Assembly: GCF_009914755.1 (NCBI RefSeq)
Contig: NC_060927.1
Reading direction: 5' to 3' (one strand)
DNA length: 64,000 bases
DNA from: the human T2T-CHM13v2.0 reference genome, Homo sapiens
The notes under the pieces: generated by a model
Seen by the model: only the letters and a program-made list of their open reading frames with translations
The model's database searches: none
What the model was told of the DNA's origin: nothing
Position numbers and translations under genes: made by a program
Part shown: positions 38,759 through 57,639 of the stretch, one piece after another
How positions within the stretch are numbered: the first letter of the stretch is position 1
Layout: each line of letters opens with the position of its first letter

Positions 38759-39769
38759 CTTTCTTTTTTTTTTTTAATTATACTTTAAGTTTTAGGGTAC
38801 ATGTGCACAACGTGCAGGTTAGTTACATATGTATACATGTGCCATGTTGGTGTGCTGCACCCATTAACTCGTCATTTAACGTTTGGTATATCTCCTATTG
38901 CTATCCCTCCCCCCTCCCCCCACCCCACAACAGGCCCCGGTGTGTGATGTTCCCCTTCCTGTGTCCATGTGTTCTCATTGTTCAATTCCCACCTATAAGT
39001 AAGAACATGCGGTGTTTGGTTTTCTGTCTTTGTGATAATTTGCTGAGAATGATGGTTTCCAGCTTCATCCATGTCCCTACAAAGGACATGAACTCATCAT
39101 TTTTTATGGCTGCATAGTATTCCATGGTGTATATGTGCCATATTTTCTTAATCCATTCTATCATTGATGGACATTTGGGTTGGTTCCAAGTCTTTGCTAT
39201 TGTGAATAGTGCCGCGATAAACATATGTGTGCATGTTTCTTTATAGCAGCATGATATATAATCCTCTGGGTATATACGCAGTAATGGGATTGCTGGGTCA
39301 AATGGTATTTCTAGTTCTAGATCCCTGAGGAATCTCCACACTGACTTCCACAATGGTTGAACTAGTTTACAGTCCCACCAACAGTGTAAAAGTGTTCCTA
39401 TTTCTCCACATCCTCTCTAGCACCTGCTGTTTCCTGACTTTTTAATGATCGCCATTCTAACTGGTGTGAGATGGTATCTCATTGTGGTTTTGATTTGCAT
39501 TTCTCTGATGGCCAGTGATGATGAGCATTTTTTCATGTGTCTTTTGGCTGCATAAATATCTTCTTTTGAGAAGTGTCTGTTCATATCGTTTGCCCACTTT
39601 TTGATGGGGTTGTTGGTTTTTTTCTTGTAAATTTGTTTGTGTTCATTGTAGCCCTTTGTCAGAGGAGTAGCCCTTCGTCAGATAAGTAGATTGCAAAAAT
39701 TTTCTCCCATTCTGTAGGTTGCGTGTTCACTCTGAGAGTAGTTTCTTTTGCTGTGCAGAAGCTCTTTAG
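38759..39769 (-). mobile_element. 5'-truncated L1PA (about PA3-4), ~1 kb
   Basis: ORF2 C-terminus [24 protein letters not shown]...HRMFLLIGGN plus 3'UTR; TSD gcctagtattttcttt at 38743-38758 and 39769-39784. Confidence 0.95.
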
Positions 39770-42700
39770 CCTAGTATTTTCTTTATAATTTTTGTCTTCT
39801 TTAGTTAATGCTTAAAACACTTGAACTGGTGGAGTTCTTAAAGCCATTTGGTGAGACATTATGTAAACGTTATCTCACTGCCAGGACTCATTTATCTTAC
39901 CACTTGTTCTTTTACACCATCCTATACACTTTATTTAGTGAAGTACAAAAATATTTCCACTCAGGAAAAAAATAAAGCCCCTCACTTTGATATTGTCTCC
40001 CATATTACTTCTGACAATACTTATATTTATAATTTACAAATATGGTGCTGTGACTTGTCTTAGGAATTTGATTATTTAAAAATATGAAAATATGGCCCTT
40101 ACACATCATTTTACATTTGTGTAATACTAATTTTATGTGACATTATTGATACACAAACTGTAATTCTGAAAAAATATTATTGGGGGAAATTGGCTCATAA
40201 TAAAATATTTTTATGAAAATCAAACAGATTTTTAAGCCAATAAAATAGCTAGGTTACCAGGAATATTAATTTTTAGAAAATCTGAATGAAAGTATCTTTG
40301 TTATATTTTGTTTATGTTGCTTATGTGTTTAAACTTTTATCACACTGAAATATATGCTAATATCTAAAAATTTTAAGTAGTAAGATTTCTAAAATGATAT
40401 GAGCTAATAGTATTCACATGGTTACATATTTCTGTACATCCAACATATTTAAATTTTTTCCAGTTAAAAAAAGATGAGTACCTTAAAAAATGTTTTATAC
40501 TATCCATTAAATTTTTGAAGCCAATGTATTTATATTATTTTTCTGTATTTCTGTAATTCATACCAAAGTATGAATTTAGTAATTATAAACTTTGAATAGT
40601 AGTATTTTCATGAATATGAATATGAGAAAAGAAGTATTATAGAAAATACAAAGAAATATTTTAAATTAGCTCTACTTCCTATATTAAAATATTATTTCAG
40701 CCACTGTGGTAGTAATACCAGTAATAGCGATGTGGATATGCAGCTTTATCAGTGGCTATAATGTGAACATTTCTTCAGCTATATGCCACACAGTTGAATG
40801 ATCCAATTGCAGGTCTGGGCTTTTCAATTTTGCCAAATTCTGGCTATTGTATTAAGCATTGGTTTCGGAAATGAAGTGACACTTTTTCCTATGAAAATGC
40901 AATTGAGCAGATTGTTCTGGGCAAAGTTCAATTGCAGTTAACCCTGCAGATGAACAGTTACGCTCTCATTATTCAGTGTCACTCAGGTCAATCTGAATTA
41001 TTAAAGTGGATTGCAGAAAGGGTAAGTATTGTTGGCCATTCTTGAAGAAACATTTAAAAAAATTACCAAACCAGCGGTTTGTTTGCAATGGTTTTGATTC
41101 ACTTTCATTTTATTGTTTCTTAAAGATAAATAGCACAGATCATGCCTATCCAGAAATAATTAGTACATACATGGTCTTTTTTGAACAACTTTGAGTTACT
41201 TTAAAGATTTATGTACTCTTTATGTCCTTATTTTAAAAGATAAATTTAAGGCTAGTATAGAATATTGTTAAATTCTAGAATTCTAGAATATCCAGTTATA
41301 TAGTTATTTGAAGAATACTTGAAGGAACAAGAGTAGAAAATAGTAAGATATATCAGTGATTTGTTTTTCTTTTAATGCATTTCACAGTTAATAATCTTCA
41401 AAAAGCATTACGCTATTTTCATGTCTGTATACTAATCAAACCTTATGATATGGTTTTATATAACTTGTAATTGATGAATATTATAAACATGAAAAACAAT
41501 ATTATGCCTTGCCAAACAAGTTATTTTCAGCTTGATTTCATAAAAAGAGAAAGAGAAATTTAAAGATTCCTTATGTTGATTGTTCTGGTGAGATAGAGCA
41601 AATATAGAAATCTGTTGGACTCCCATCATTGTGAAAAATCCTACTGCAATGGGCAAGATTAATTTGTAACACTTTCTCTGAAGTGCGAATTAAATCTGAT
41701 GTTTCATGATGATCTGTAGTCCATGTGGATGCCTGTGTACATTATAGACCTGGCCATCCAGCTGGCATCTACTGTTATCAGAGTGCTAGCCCTGGCTGGT
41801 TAAATGGATTTTGCCTCAGGTTAAAAGCCTTTAGGGAAGTGGGTCAAATTGTACAAGGACAGCTTTTCTAATTCCTTGCTTGTGATGTAAAGGTAAGAGG
41901 ATAATAAGGTTACGTAAAGCCCTGCAATATACAAGCTCATTTAGAAATACTCACATGGAGAATCTCAAGAGAATAAATTAGATCCACAGTTGGGTTTTGC
42001 AAAAAGTCATTTACTGAAATGGTAGACAAGTTCCTCTTTAATTTTTTTTTCATATTGTATGACTCTCTTACGCTCAATTTAAACAATAGGAATGCTGACT
42101 ATTCAAAGGGAAATCCACTGAGATAGTGACTTATATTTCACATATGATATGTGATAGTTAAAATTATGCCACCTTCTGCATTTTAGATTATGTGATTCTG
42201 AAGATTGCAGCATGTGTGATAAATATCACACTTCCAGTGCAGTATGGAAACTTGAAGTTTATATTTTATTTATAACAGAATTTAGTGTTTTAGGCACTCA
42301 AAGGCTGAGAGAAATCCTCCCAGGAAAGAATAAATAAACTCTTAGAAATCACTGAATCCCACAGTTAATTGTTTATTTGATATGTTTCCATTTTGAGAAA
42401 AAGTAAGTTTAAAAAGTTATTTATTTGGAAGATAGAATAACATTTTGATGGGTCTCACAACACTTTAACATGACATAGGACACAGCTGTCTGTACCAGGA
42501 TCCTCTACTGAATAGGTCTGGCCCCCTGCTGGCCTAACTCTTTGACCCTCCCACTAGGTTGTGTCAAAGAGCTTGCAAGGGACACAATGAAGTTGCCATC
42601 ATTCCCATGGGCAATGGCAGTTCAATTATTTTACATGTGAATATATCGAATATCAATTGCTACTCTGCCCTTTATATGATACAGTGGACATACTTTCAAT

Positions 42701-43044
42701 AACTTTTCTTTGATAGAAATATGTATAATAGCTAAGGGAATGAAATATGAGTTGTTGTAAGAAGAATTCCAGGCTTTTCAGATATTCATTGCTAACATTT
42801 ACATTATTTAAATCTTTTTTTTTATTTTGCTCCTTATTACTGTTGAAATAATCTGGAAGTAAGGTTGGTTTAATGTCCTTTGGAGCAGTAGATTTTCCTG
42901 CTGGACAATTTCAAATTGAAGTTCTTGTCCTTGAGTTCTTACTGATGCTTTATACAGAACAAGAGCAAATGTTAGCATATAGCATGTAGCATGTAGTGCC
43001 TGTGGTCTTTACTGACTCAGTCTCCTGATAAGAGTCTTCAGTAC

Positions 43045-43935
43045 CATTCAACGAGTACTTCTTGAGCATCTACTCTTTGTCCATGTTTTTCTAGATACCG
43101 GGAATAATTAGAAAGATAAGTAAATCCCAGTCATCATTACCAAAAAGTCCTAGTTTGGGAGATAAAGAATAGGGAGAAGACAAATAAAGTAAATCATTTC
43201 AGGGCAATACTGTAGAGATATAAAGACTCCATCCTCTGAGACTGGGAAAGATCCAGCTCAAGTTGAGGGGATGGGGAATAATTCTAAAAAGCAGATAAAC
43301 TTAAGGCCATACTTAAATAATTAATAGAAAATAATCAGGCACATAAAAGGTGAAAATGGATAAATGAATCTTAAATAATATCATGGCAAAGTTCTGAAGG
43401 TAATAATAAGGTTTAAGCAAGGGAAGTATTTGGTATTGCTGAAACATAAATTGTGAGGGATTCAAGAACAGAAAATGTTATCTGGAGCTTTAACTTTATT
43501 TATGTGTTGTCAGTTCAAGAAATTGTGATGGGTTTATCTAGACTAGTTTTATAAACCTGTAAAGAAAGAAGCAGAACCCAAAAGTACATAGGATTTGAAG
43601 ACCATGGAAACAGGTTACTTGGAAAAAGAAGTCTAGGTAATGCTGTTTTCTGATCATAGGAAATATGAGGCAAAAACTAGATTGTGAAAAAAGTGATGAG
43701 TTCAGTTTTGGGTATTTTGTGGCCAAAGTCATTGTGGGACATCCAAGTATAATAATTCAGCAAACGAAATTTGAGTCTAAATTTTATTGTAAAAGATATG
43801 ATTGACATGCAGATTTATGATCTTCATTGATAACATAGACACTGCTAAAAATCTAGAGAGTGGATGAAATTGTCTATAGAGACTAAAAAAAGTAGAGACA
43901 GTGCTGATGTAAGGACCTTGGGCAATGCAGATGCT
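43045..43935 (-). mobile_element. L2 fragment
   Basis: cattcaacgagtacttcttgagcatctact matches the antisense L2 3' end; gatgagttcagttttggg...gacatccaagt is an internal motif. Confidence 0.65.
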
Positions 43936-45426
43936 TAAAAGAATTTTCACTTCCTTGATGTTCTTTGTCTATTGTTTATGATACATATATTTAATTTACC
44001 CTTTCTACTTGTCCCTCTGTTAATGAATACACCTGCATTCTCCCAATTAAAAACAAAACCCCAAATATTTTCTCAATATATCAAGTCACCTTACTATTTA
44101 TCTCATTTCCTTAATCTAGACTAATAAGGCAATCAATCTAATCATTTCCTTAAATGCGCTGCAACATGTACTGCCTGCACTTTTTCACCATGAAATCCAT
44201 GCCCATTTTTCTTTCTGGCACTGTATGAAAATGTTGTTCCTGGAGTTTATAGCATGAGACCTCCACGTTACCAGACAGATGATGATTTTTCTCAACTCAT
44301 CTTTCCTGAGCTATCTGCAGCAAGTGCTCTGTTGATCACTAGACTCATTCTAAAACGTCTGACTTCCTGCAACTCAGGGATTTATCACTCTTGGTTGCCT
44401 TTTAATCCCCACAATTTGGGTCAACCTAGCTATTTTCTCCAGTTGAAGACATGAGTGCCCAGTTGCCAGAACTTTGTCTTCATTTTTATTTCTCTTCGGC
44501 TAATATTTAATATCGTGAATTCTTTAAAATATCTTTAGCAGCTGAAATGCATTTCGGTGTAGTAATAGATACACTTAGTTGAACTGGCATAAACACTGTA
44601 TATAATGAATATAACATTACATCTCAGGAAGTCCAAATGATAGAAGTGTTTATACGATAGTCAACCAGATTATTCCTGTTATGCTATAATCCCTGCAGCT
44701 TCATCATTGGTGACTGGCAGGAATTTGGTTGTGGCAATTCCAGGCATTATATCCAGAAAAAGGAAGATTGTCTTTCTAGGTAATCCTACTAATGAATGTG
44801 CAGATTTGGAAAAGAATCACTTTGCTTCTACATAAATTCATGTTCTTTAAAGGACAAAATGAAAAACCATGTGCACAGGTCCATAACACACAGCATACTT
44901 CAAATTCTTCTGAACAGAGAGAATAAGGAAGTCTTGTTCTTACATGAAATTAAGTACTTTTTAATCCTATGTGTCAGTCCTCATGTGGCAGAGATTTTAA
45001 TCTGCACCAAAAATCTATTTGCAATCTCCTTTTCCCAGTATCCCTTGCAGTTATATTTGGGTCCAGAGGGTAGTTCTTACCAATGAGCTGTGAGTAAAAG
45101 TGACTAATGCCACTTTTGGGTGGAAGAAGTTAAGAATTGTGTTGCTTCTTCATTTGCCTATTGCCTTTGCCATGGAGAGCTTTTGTTCTTGAAACAATCT
45201 TCCTCATTCATTAATTCTTCAAAGGCCCTGGTTTTGTCTCCTTCCTCATTATTTTATAAGAGCACATGGGATATGAGTGGTCCTGGCATTGAGAAGCTTT
45301 GACATCTCACTTCCTCTTGTTTCCTGTTTGGGCTTTAATTTCTTTACATATTGAACGGCGGTGACATTTTAATTTTTGCTAAATTCATGGTTTCTTTGTT
45401 AGTACAGTTTCATTCATCGTTATTAG

Positions 45427-45762
<336 letters not shown>

Positions 45763-48465
45763 TAAACTAAGCATTTCTTATAGTGGTAAGTTTTTGCTGT
45801 TTCTATATCTCAGGATAATAACATCTGTTTTGACATAATTCAAATAAAAAATAATTGTTTCCTGGCCAACATGTTGCCATTTCTTACTATAACAACCACA
45901 AGATTCACCCAACATTCATTCTAATGCTACAATTCTGATAGATACACAATTAATATCTTTATATATTATGGAAAATGCCAGAGCCGAATGCTTGTAAAAA
46001 ATGTTACATCACCAGACTTACTAGCTTCCTAACCAAAAAATGTGGGGTCCTCCTGTTTTGTGATGGATCTTTTCACCTGGACAATTTCCAGTTTTAAAGT
46101 TCTTTTAATTGAAGTTCCACATTTCTAGTATACATTCCTGAATAAGGACGGTCACTTTTGATTTAAATCCAGGAAGGTTAACTGATGTCATACAAAAATC
46201 AAAGTCAACATTCTCCTTATCAAATCAGCTTCTCTGAGCCACTTTCCTCTATTAGCAAAGCTTCTTTATTTCTTGAGTGGAATCATGGAAACTTTATCAA
46301 CAAATATGCCTATGCATTTACTCAGTTGCTTCTTTCCATCATATTTATTGCCCTTTTCCCATATCTTCCATCCTGTTTCAGGATTTCAGTAATTTTATCA
46401 TGTAACATCAAGGTATTGCTATTTTGTTTTCTGTCTCATGTCATCGTACCTTTATCTACCCTATTATCACCTGCAAAATTAATCTTCCTAATTTGTTGTT
46501 CTAGTCATGTTACTTTCTTAATTAAGTCTTCATTCTATAATATACCAAATTCTTAAACTTGGTTATCCAGAATCCAATCTTGGTTACTTTCTGTTCTTAT
46601 CCCCACTGCTATCCTGTGCTGACCTAATACCTAAACCAAACTGGAAATGCCTGAGTTCAACAAACTGGATGTAATAACTACATCAGAATTTCCTTAAAAG
46701 GCTCAAACTTATGGCATCACTGCCCATTAGCAAGATCCTTTTCTACTAATCTCTTTCTTGAAATGGCTTCTGGATGTAAAATCCTGCCATATATTTTTAA
46801 AGTATTTTATGTCTAATAGCATTTACATACGAAGCCCCAACTGATCACTGTAACTAGGTAAAATTTATTTCCCCTTAATGAATGCTTGGTGATATCTTTC
46901 TATAAGACTGTAAACTTCACAAGCAGCATTAGTCATGTGTGTCCAAGTAAGCTCTGCAGCCCTTCTCAAGAGGCTGTGTAATTAGAAAGGATTAACATCT
47001 TTCATGGAACTGCTAGAAACATTAGATATGGAATTATTTCTCTGAGACTATGAAATAAAAGGTTTAGCCTTAGATCAAAGCAGTCAGGCATATAGAATAA
47101 TGTATAATGATTTTGCCCTTGAAAATTTAGAAGTCTTGACAGGTTTAATAACCAATGTTCTTCTGGAGATACTTTTATCAAACTACTAGGGTTTTTTGGT
47201 TTGTTTTTTTAAAATCAGAATCTTCCAGAATAAAAAACAAACTAGAAAAACAAGATAAGAGAAAAACAAATAAACCCTCTTGAATATAAATCTGTGGGAA
47301 ATCACCTACCTGGGGGATTTTTTAAATCTTTCCAATAGATTATAATTTTTTTAAAAAAGGAGATTAATATAATAACTTATAGAAAGTGATAAATGTATCA
47401 ATCACAGTAACAATTCTGGGCCAAATAAATTTATCATATATAAATTGAAAATGATATGTGGGAAAGATCCCTCAAATTTATGAAAGCATAGTATGTGTTA
47501 GATATGTTTTGCATAATATTGCAACCCTGAAGGAAGTGGCTATTAATCTAATTAATAGAGATAGAAACCACAGTCAGTAAAAGCTACAACTCTAATTTAA
47601 ATATGAATCAATCTGATTACTAAGCCCCTGCTCTTTCAGCTATCATATGATTATAAAGATAAAATATATTAAGTAATCAAGTGCAATTCACAATAATATT
47701 CAAATATCATTTTTATTTCATAACAATTTAAATTTTTGTTAATTTTTCTAATCCATTGGCATGTCTTGCTTTACTCCTAGGATGTGTTCCAAGAAATTGT
47801 GTGTAGAAAAAAAAATCAGATTGATTAGCATCACAGCCATACATTCGATTTAATAGAAAAATATAATGAGGCATTTTACCATTCCAAGTATTTCAGGCCA
47901 TCTCTATTTTAAAGTATGTTTTGTATGTTTATTGTTAATTGCTGTATTTTGTTTTATTTTACTTTTTAAATGGAACAAGCATGGATAAAAGTAATTATGG
48001 TATATACAACCTAAGAGAAATAAAATTATGAATTATTACTACGAGTCTTAGTTTCTATAGATCTTCTACTCAGGAATAATAAATTATAAAGGAAAAACAT
48101 GTCACAGTTATAGGAACATTTCTTTTAAAAAGAAATATGAAATATTTTCAGAGTAAATGTGATTCCATACACTTCTTATACTGCAAACCATTTCCAAATT
48201 TCCACATATGCTTGCCAAAACCAATGATAATTAATGTTTCATTGAATTCTTTGAGAAATGTTGAATTCCACGACTGGTTTGGACCATATTTAAACATATA
48301 TTATGCTGGACTAAATTCCAGAATCAGAGAGAATATTTTATATTTTTTGGCTATTTGTGTTAAGAAAAATTCTCAAGTGGAGTACGGACGTAAAATAGAT
48401 TTGGTATAAAAACAATCCATATTCTATTTACTGGTTGCTTCTTCAGCATTTAAGAAACTATTTGG

Positions 48466-48711
48466 GGCCAGATACAGTGGCTCATGCCTGTAATCCCAAC
48501 ACTTTAGGAGGATGAGGATCTCTTACCCCAGGGGTTCAAAACTGGCCTGGGCAACACAGGGAGATTCCATCTCTACAAAAATTTAAAAAATTAGTCAGGC
48601 ATGGTGGTGCATGCCTGTAGTCCCAGCTACTGTGGAGGTTGAGGTGGGAGGATCTCTTGAGCCCAGGAAGTCAAAGGGGCAGTTCACTGTGATTATGCCA
48701 CTGTACTCCAT
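48466..48711 (+). mobile_element. AluJ, internally deleted and 3'-truncated
   Basis: ggccagatacagtggctcatgcctgtaatccc...gccactgtactcca with no tail. Confidence 0.88.
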
Positions 48712-50452
48712 TGAAACATTAACCTTTTTCTCCATTCATATTTTTAAAATATTATTCAAGTTTTTCATGCTCTTATCTTAAGAGATGTCAACATCAGATA
48801 CAATATGATTTGCAGGGAGTTTATTGTTCATTAAGATTTTTAATTTATATATATAATTTTTATATACATTATACTTAATATAATATATGATATTTCTTAT
48901 TTAATGGAATAGTATAAAAGATCAAAATAGTTTAGGCAAAACATTGTCTGAATTTAGGTTCTTTAATTGGTTTACTTTAAACTTGCTTTACTTCTCTCTG
49001 CCCCCAACTTAGTCATTCTCCATTGCCAGATGCTGTTTAGTTATTCCGAGCAATAGAGAAAGATTTATGCATTGACAAGTGGGGAGGTGAAACGCTGGTT
49101 AAAAGAGTTCTGCAAATGATACTTCTGATCCCAGCAGGAGTTATAGGCTTACAGTTTTTCAAAAAAAGCAAAGTTTTCCCTGTTAATAACTGTAAATTAT
49201 ATACTATAATATTTTATACCTTTTTTCTTTTTCCAATGACTAACTATACCTCACTTTAGGGATAAAATCCCTCAAGTGCATGACAGAGATGAATACAATA
49301 TGTTTATATTTGGGAAACTCTTGAGATTTTCTTTGAAAAGAATGGATTTATGAGATTGAAAGACACACACAATTCATACTCACACCATGCCCTCCTCCCA
49401 CCTCAAAGTTACATGTTCTTTTACAATAAAAGAACAAAAGTTCTCAAAAACATACATGGCTTAAGGCAGTCTTTAATCATTAGAGCACTTCTCTGTTCCC
49501 TGAGCCTCTATTAAGACATGTATATAGCTTGAACTTGAAAGTATATGCATATATTTATTAGAAAGAAATATCCACAGGTGGAGGTCAGTTGTCTAATTCT
49601 TGCAAAAATGTAAACTTTAAAGATATTGTTTTAAAGAAATAGCAATTTAGGAAGACATCCTTGTTTATAAATTTTATTAACTGTCATCTTCGTTTCATTT
49701 TAGCTTACACACTGAGTTTAGTCAGTTAATAAGGAAGTTTCTGACTAATAACAAAGCTCAAAATTAAGAAAAAAATCTGATTTGAAATTATAGTTTGTGG
49801 TTAGTTTATATGAAATAGAAAAAATAAGAGGAGTTTTTTTTTAAGTAGCAAAAGCATGTATTATGGGAAGCTCATGATCTTGCATTTTGATCATTATAGG
49901 AGTTGAAATACCTGCTTCCTTTTCATATTTTAAATATACTGTAAGTTTTAGGGCATAAAAAAATCAGAAAACTATGTTTAACCTTCTTAATTAGAAGCCT
50001 CATAAATATATCAATATAAATATAGCCATTTCCTTGTCCAACAATGTCTACAATTAAATACAAAATGATAGTAGAAAATGATAAACAATATTTTCACTGC
50101 CCTTTCAGCCCTCCGAGTTTATATGTTATTCTATAGTAAAATAATCTGCTTAATTCATATTTAGACTCTTATACTTAGTAACAATATAAATCTCTATAGC
50201 TTATATTAAAATATTTTGAAAACATAGCTTGGAATTTGCATTGTTTAGTTAAAAAATTTATGTTGGCAGACCTAATACATGCCTGAAATCACTTTACTCT
50301 GCACTGATCAAATAGTCAATAATCCTTGTACATTTACTTCTGTGATTAGCATTATTTCCTTCAGTGATACATTTACTCTGAATAATGGGAGGAGCCATCG
50401 AATGGATAAATCTGTTTATAATTGCATGTCTAATAAATCCTGGAATTATTTT

Positions 50453-50669
50453 CTCAGGCCAAAATGCTTCAGGCACCTCTGCCTCATCTCTTTCTCTTAA
50501 ACTCCACATCCTATCTGTGTAAAACTCTATCTTGATAACATTAAAAAATCCAACCACTTCCCACTCTGTCGAATTGTACTCAGCTAATCCAGTCACATTT
50601 AGGTCTGGTCAAGATTGCAATGGCTTCCTAACTCCTCTCCTTGCTTCCACCCCACTCCCTTATCCTTAT
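50453..50669 (+). repeat. 217-bp direct duplicate of 53201-53417 (L2-derived)
   Basis: Ungapped alignment with 19 mismatches in 217 bp by manual count (about 91% identity). Confidence 0.95.
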
Positions 50670-51387
50670 AACGGTTTAACATTTCCTATCTATATGAATA
50701 AAGCAAGTTCTTTTGAATGACCAACACATTGATAGCATTTAATAGATTTAGACCATCTTTCAATGTGTGACTACCACTTTCTTGATGAATGTCCTAAATT
50801 ACTAATGTTCAAGAGAGCTGGAAGCTTCAGTGCCCATCAGAACTGGCAAGACATCTCATTTCTGAACTCTAAAGGGCTTCCTATAGGGAAGGCTTGTTTT
50901 AAATAGCATTCAGTAACTTCAGTTGAACTAAATTGCTCTGTTGCCTGAATAATATAGCAAAGAGAAGGAGACTTCTGTTATAATATTGTGTCAGTAGAAA
51001 AATGCTTTCTGAGATTCAAACAATTAATTCATAAAAAGTTTTCAGATCAGAAATTTAACAAATAACTTCCTTTCATAAAAAAAGTTTATGTAAAATAACT
51101 TTCATAAATAATGTTTACTTAAAAGAACTTTTATAAAATATTCAGATATTAGAAAATTCTTATATATAGCATATACTTAAAAATTTATTTTTAGAAATAT
51201 TTTACCTCAAGACGGAAGTCTATGGTAGCATTTTATTACACGTATGACCACACATTTCATTGTCAGCAATAGACCTTTTTTTAACATTTGGGATTCTGAT
51301 ATTCTTGCTTTAACTCTGGTTTCCTATATCATGGCCAAAGAGAGAGAGAGCTGCCCTTAGTCTGTTCATTTGGGACTTCCCTTAAAT

Positions 51388-51605
51388 TAGGGCTTGGTAA
51401 ACTATGGCCTAGCAGGCCAAATTCTGCCTGCCACTTGTTTTTGTAAATACAATTTTATTGAAACACCGACATGTTAATTTGTTTAGATATTTTCCATGGC
51501 TGCTTTCACATGACAACATCAGTAGTTATGACAGGGGCCATATGGCCTGTAAAGCCTGAAATATTTACTATCTGGCTCTTTACTGAAAAACTGTGTCCAA
51601 CCCTG
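51388..51605 (+). mobile_element. MER58A hAT-Charlie DNA transposon
   Basis: ggtaaactatggcc...ggccaaattctgcctgccacttgtttttgtaaata...aatatttactatctggctctttac...ccaaccctg. Confidence 0.88.
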
Positions 51606-51627
51606 CCCAAATAAAATTCCATGGTCT

Positions 51628-52623
<996 letters not shown>

Positions 52624-53149
52624 AATTCTATGGTCTAGTCCTCTAAGTATATCCCTAGATATGTCCCATGAAGGCTAAAGGAATTTCTTGTCAATGCATG
52701 AATTTCAAGCCCAGAGTCTTGCTGAATATGCAAAAAATATTTTCATTCAATAGCAAATGTTAAGCAATTACATTGCTCTATCATTTATCTGTCTTTTATG
52801 AAGAAATCCATGGGTAACATAGTGAAAATACCCAGGGAAAAATCACTTTATACCATACGGTAATGAATCTGAATCTATAGGAATCTTAATACATATAAGC
52901 ACATGTCCTTAGAGGAAAAATAAGGATGTTGCTAAAGGAGAATCTCTTTCACAATCTAATGGTATTTTTTTGCTGATACAGATTGTAAATATTAAAGTAA
53001 CAGTTCACTGTACTAAGTATGTATGTACACACATGTAATACTGAAGATAATAAAACTGGATGTTTCAATGGCTAAATTATTTCACCATGTTTGAACAACT
53101 TCAAATGGCTGGAAAAGCAAATAATTCACAACACTGAACTTTTGAACTA

Positions 53150-55810
<2,661 letters not shown>

Positions 55811-55884
55811 ATCTTGAAATGTCTGCACTGGAAGTTTTTGTGTGAAAAGTGGGGCATGCCATATTTCAAGAGAATACTGTTTTT

Positions 55885-57030
55885 TAAAAAGGGTAAATTG
55901 TATTGTGTATATTTGAGGTTTACCATATGATGTTATGGGATACATGTAGATAGTAAAATGGTTGCTCTACTGAAGCAGATTAACATATCTGTCATCTCAC
56001 TTAGTTACATTTTTTAAACACAGAAGCTAACATCTACTTATTTAACAAAAATTTCTAATACAATATAATTTTAGTCACTGTAGTCCTTGTGTCTTACATT
56101 AGATCTTTAGATTTGTTCATATTACCTAATCTGTTACTTTGTATTATTTGACCTACATCTCCCCATTTCCTTTCTCCCCATTCCACCCATGAAAACTGCT
56201 GTTTTATTTTCTGTCTATTTTTTCAGATGCCACTATAAGTGAGATCATACAATATTTTTCTTTCTGTGTTTTGCTTATTTCATGTAGCATAATGTCCACC
56301 AGCTCCTTCCACATTGTCACAAATAGCAGCATCTTCTTTTTCAAAGGCTAAGTAATGTTCCTGCCTCTGGATGTGTGTGTGTGTTTGTTTATAATTTTCT
56401 TTATCCTTTCTTCTGTCAACAGACACTTAGGTTGTTTCCATTATCTTGGCTATTGTGAGTAATGCTGAAATGAACATGAGAGTACAGATATCTTTACAAG
56501 GCTGTGATTCCATCTCCTTTTGGTATATACCCAGAGGAGAGATTGTTGGATATGTATGGAAGTTCTATTGTTAATTTCTGTGGAACCTCCATGCTCTTTT
56601 CCACAATGGCTTTTCCACAGTGTACATTTTCACCCACAGTATACTGGGGTTCTCTTTTCTCCCCACCCTAGCCAACATTTATTATCTCTTGTTTTTTTGA
56701 TAATAGCCAATCTATTGGGTATGAAGTGATATCTCATAGTGGTTTTAATTTGCATTTCCCTGATGATTACTGATGTTGAGCACCTTTTCATATATATGTT
56801 AGCCATTTTTATGTCTTCTTTGGAGATATGCCTGTTTTGGTCTTTTGCCCATTTTTAAATCAGGTTATTTATTTTTCTGCTATTGAGTTGTAGGGTTTTT
56901 TAATATAAATTTTGGATATTAACCCCTTATCAGTTGTGTGATATATTTTTCCAGTCTGCAGGCTGCCCTTTGTTTGCATTTGGTTGCATTTTGTCAGTGG
57001 TTTTCTTTTCTATGCCAAAGCTTTTAGGGT
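55885..57030 (-). mobile_element. L1MA-type 3' end, ~1.1 kb
   Basis: aaattgtattgtgtatatttgagg...gatatctcatagtggttttaatttgcatttccctgatgatt...ggatattaaccccttatcag. Confidence 0.85.
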
Positions 57031-57639
57031 GTAAGATTTACCTAAAGCTTTAACAACAAAATTTAACAATATTCTTCAGCTTGCTCTATTGACAGAACAT
57101 AATATTACTCCTTTCTTTGCCTTTTGTTTTGCACACAGTCAAAATAACCCTCTGTGCTGACTTCCACACCAGACTGATTCATGAATGGCTGCTTTTTCCC
57201 ATTGTTTCCTGTTAGGACTCTATGGTCCTCCACAGCATTTCCACTGAAATCTTTGAGGCCGTCCTGCTATTTCTCAATACATAGCAGCTGCTAAGCTATC
57301 CTGCTGTCTTCCATTATCTGCACATTTCCTTCTGTGGAGTTATATTCCAACAAAGGTTCCTGACATGCTGGCTGAGCTTGCTCTTCTTACAATGCCATTT
57401 GATTTTCAGTAAGGTTTGCTAGCAGATGATGAGATGGCAGAGGAAGCCAGTTATGGTATTTGCTATTAGACTCAGTCTTCAAGAGGCTGTAAGGACTTCC
57501 TTGTTTGAAAATCTGCTAAAAATTATTTTATATTCTTCAGAATTATTTGATTTTATTGTGACACTTGTATATTCTTTCTTCTTGATGCTCTTAGAAAAGT
57601 CACTCGTGCCTCAGACTGTCTTTATACCTGCATTTTTTT

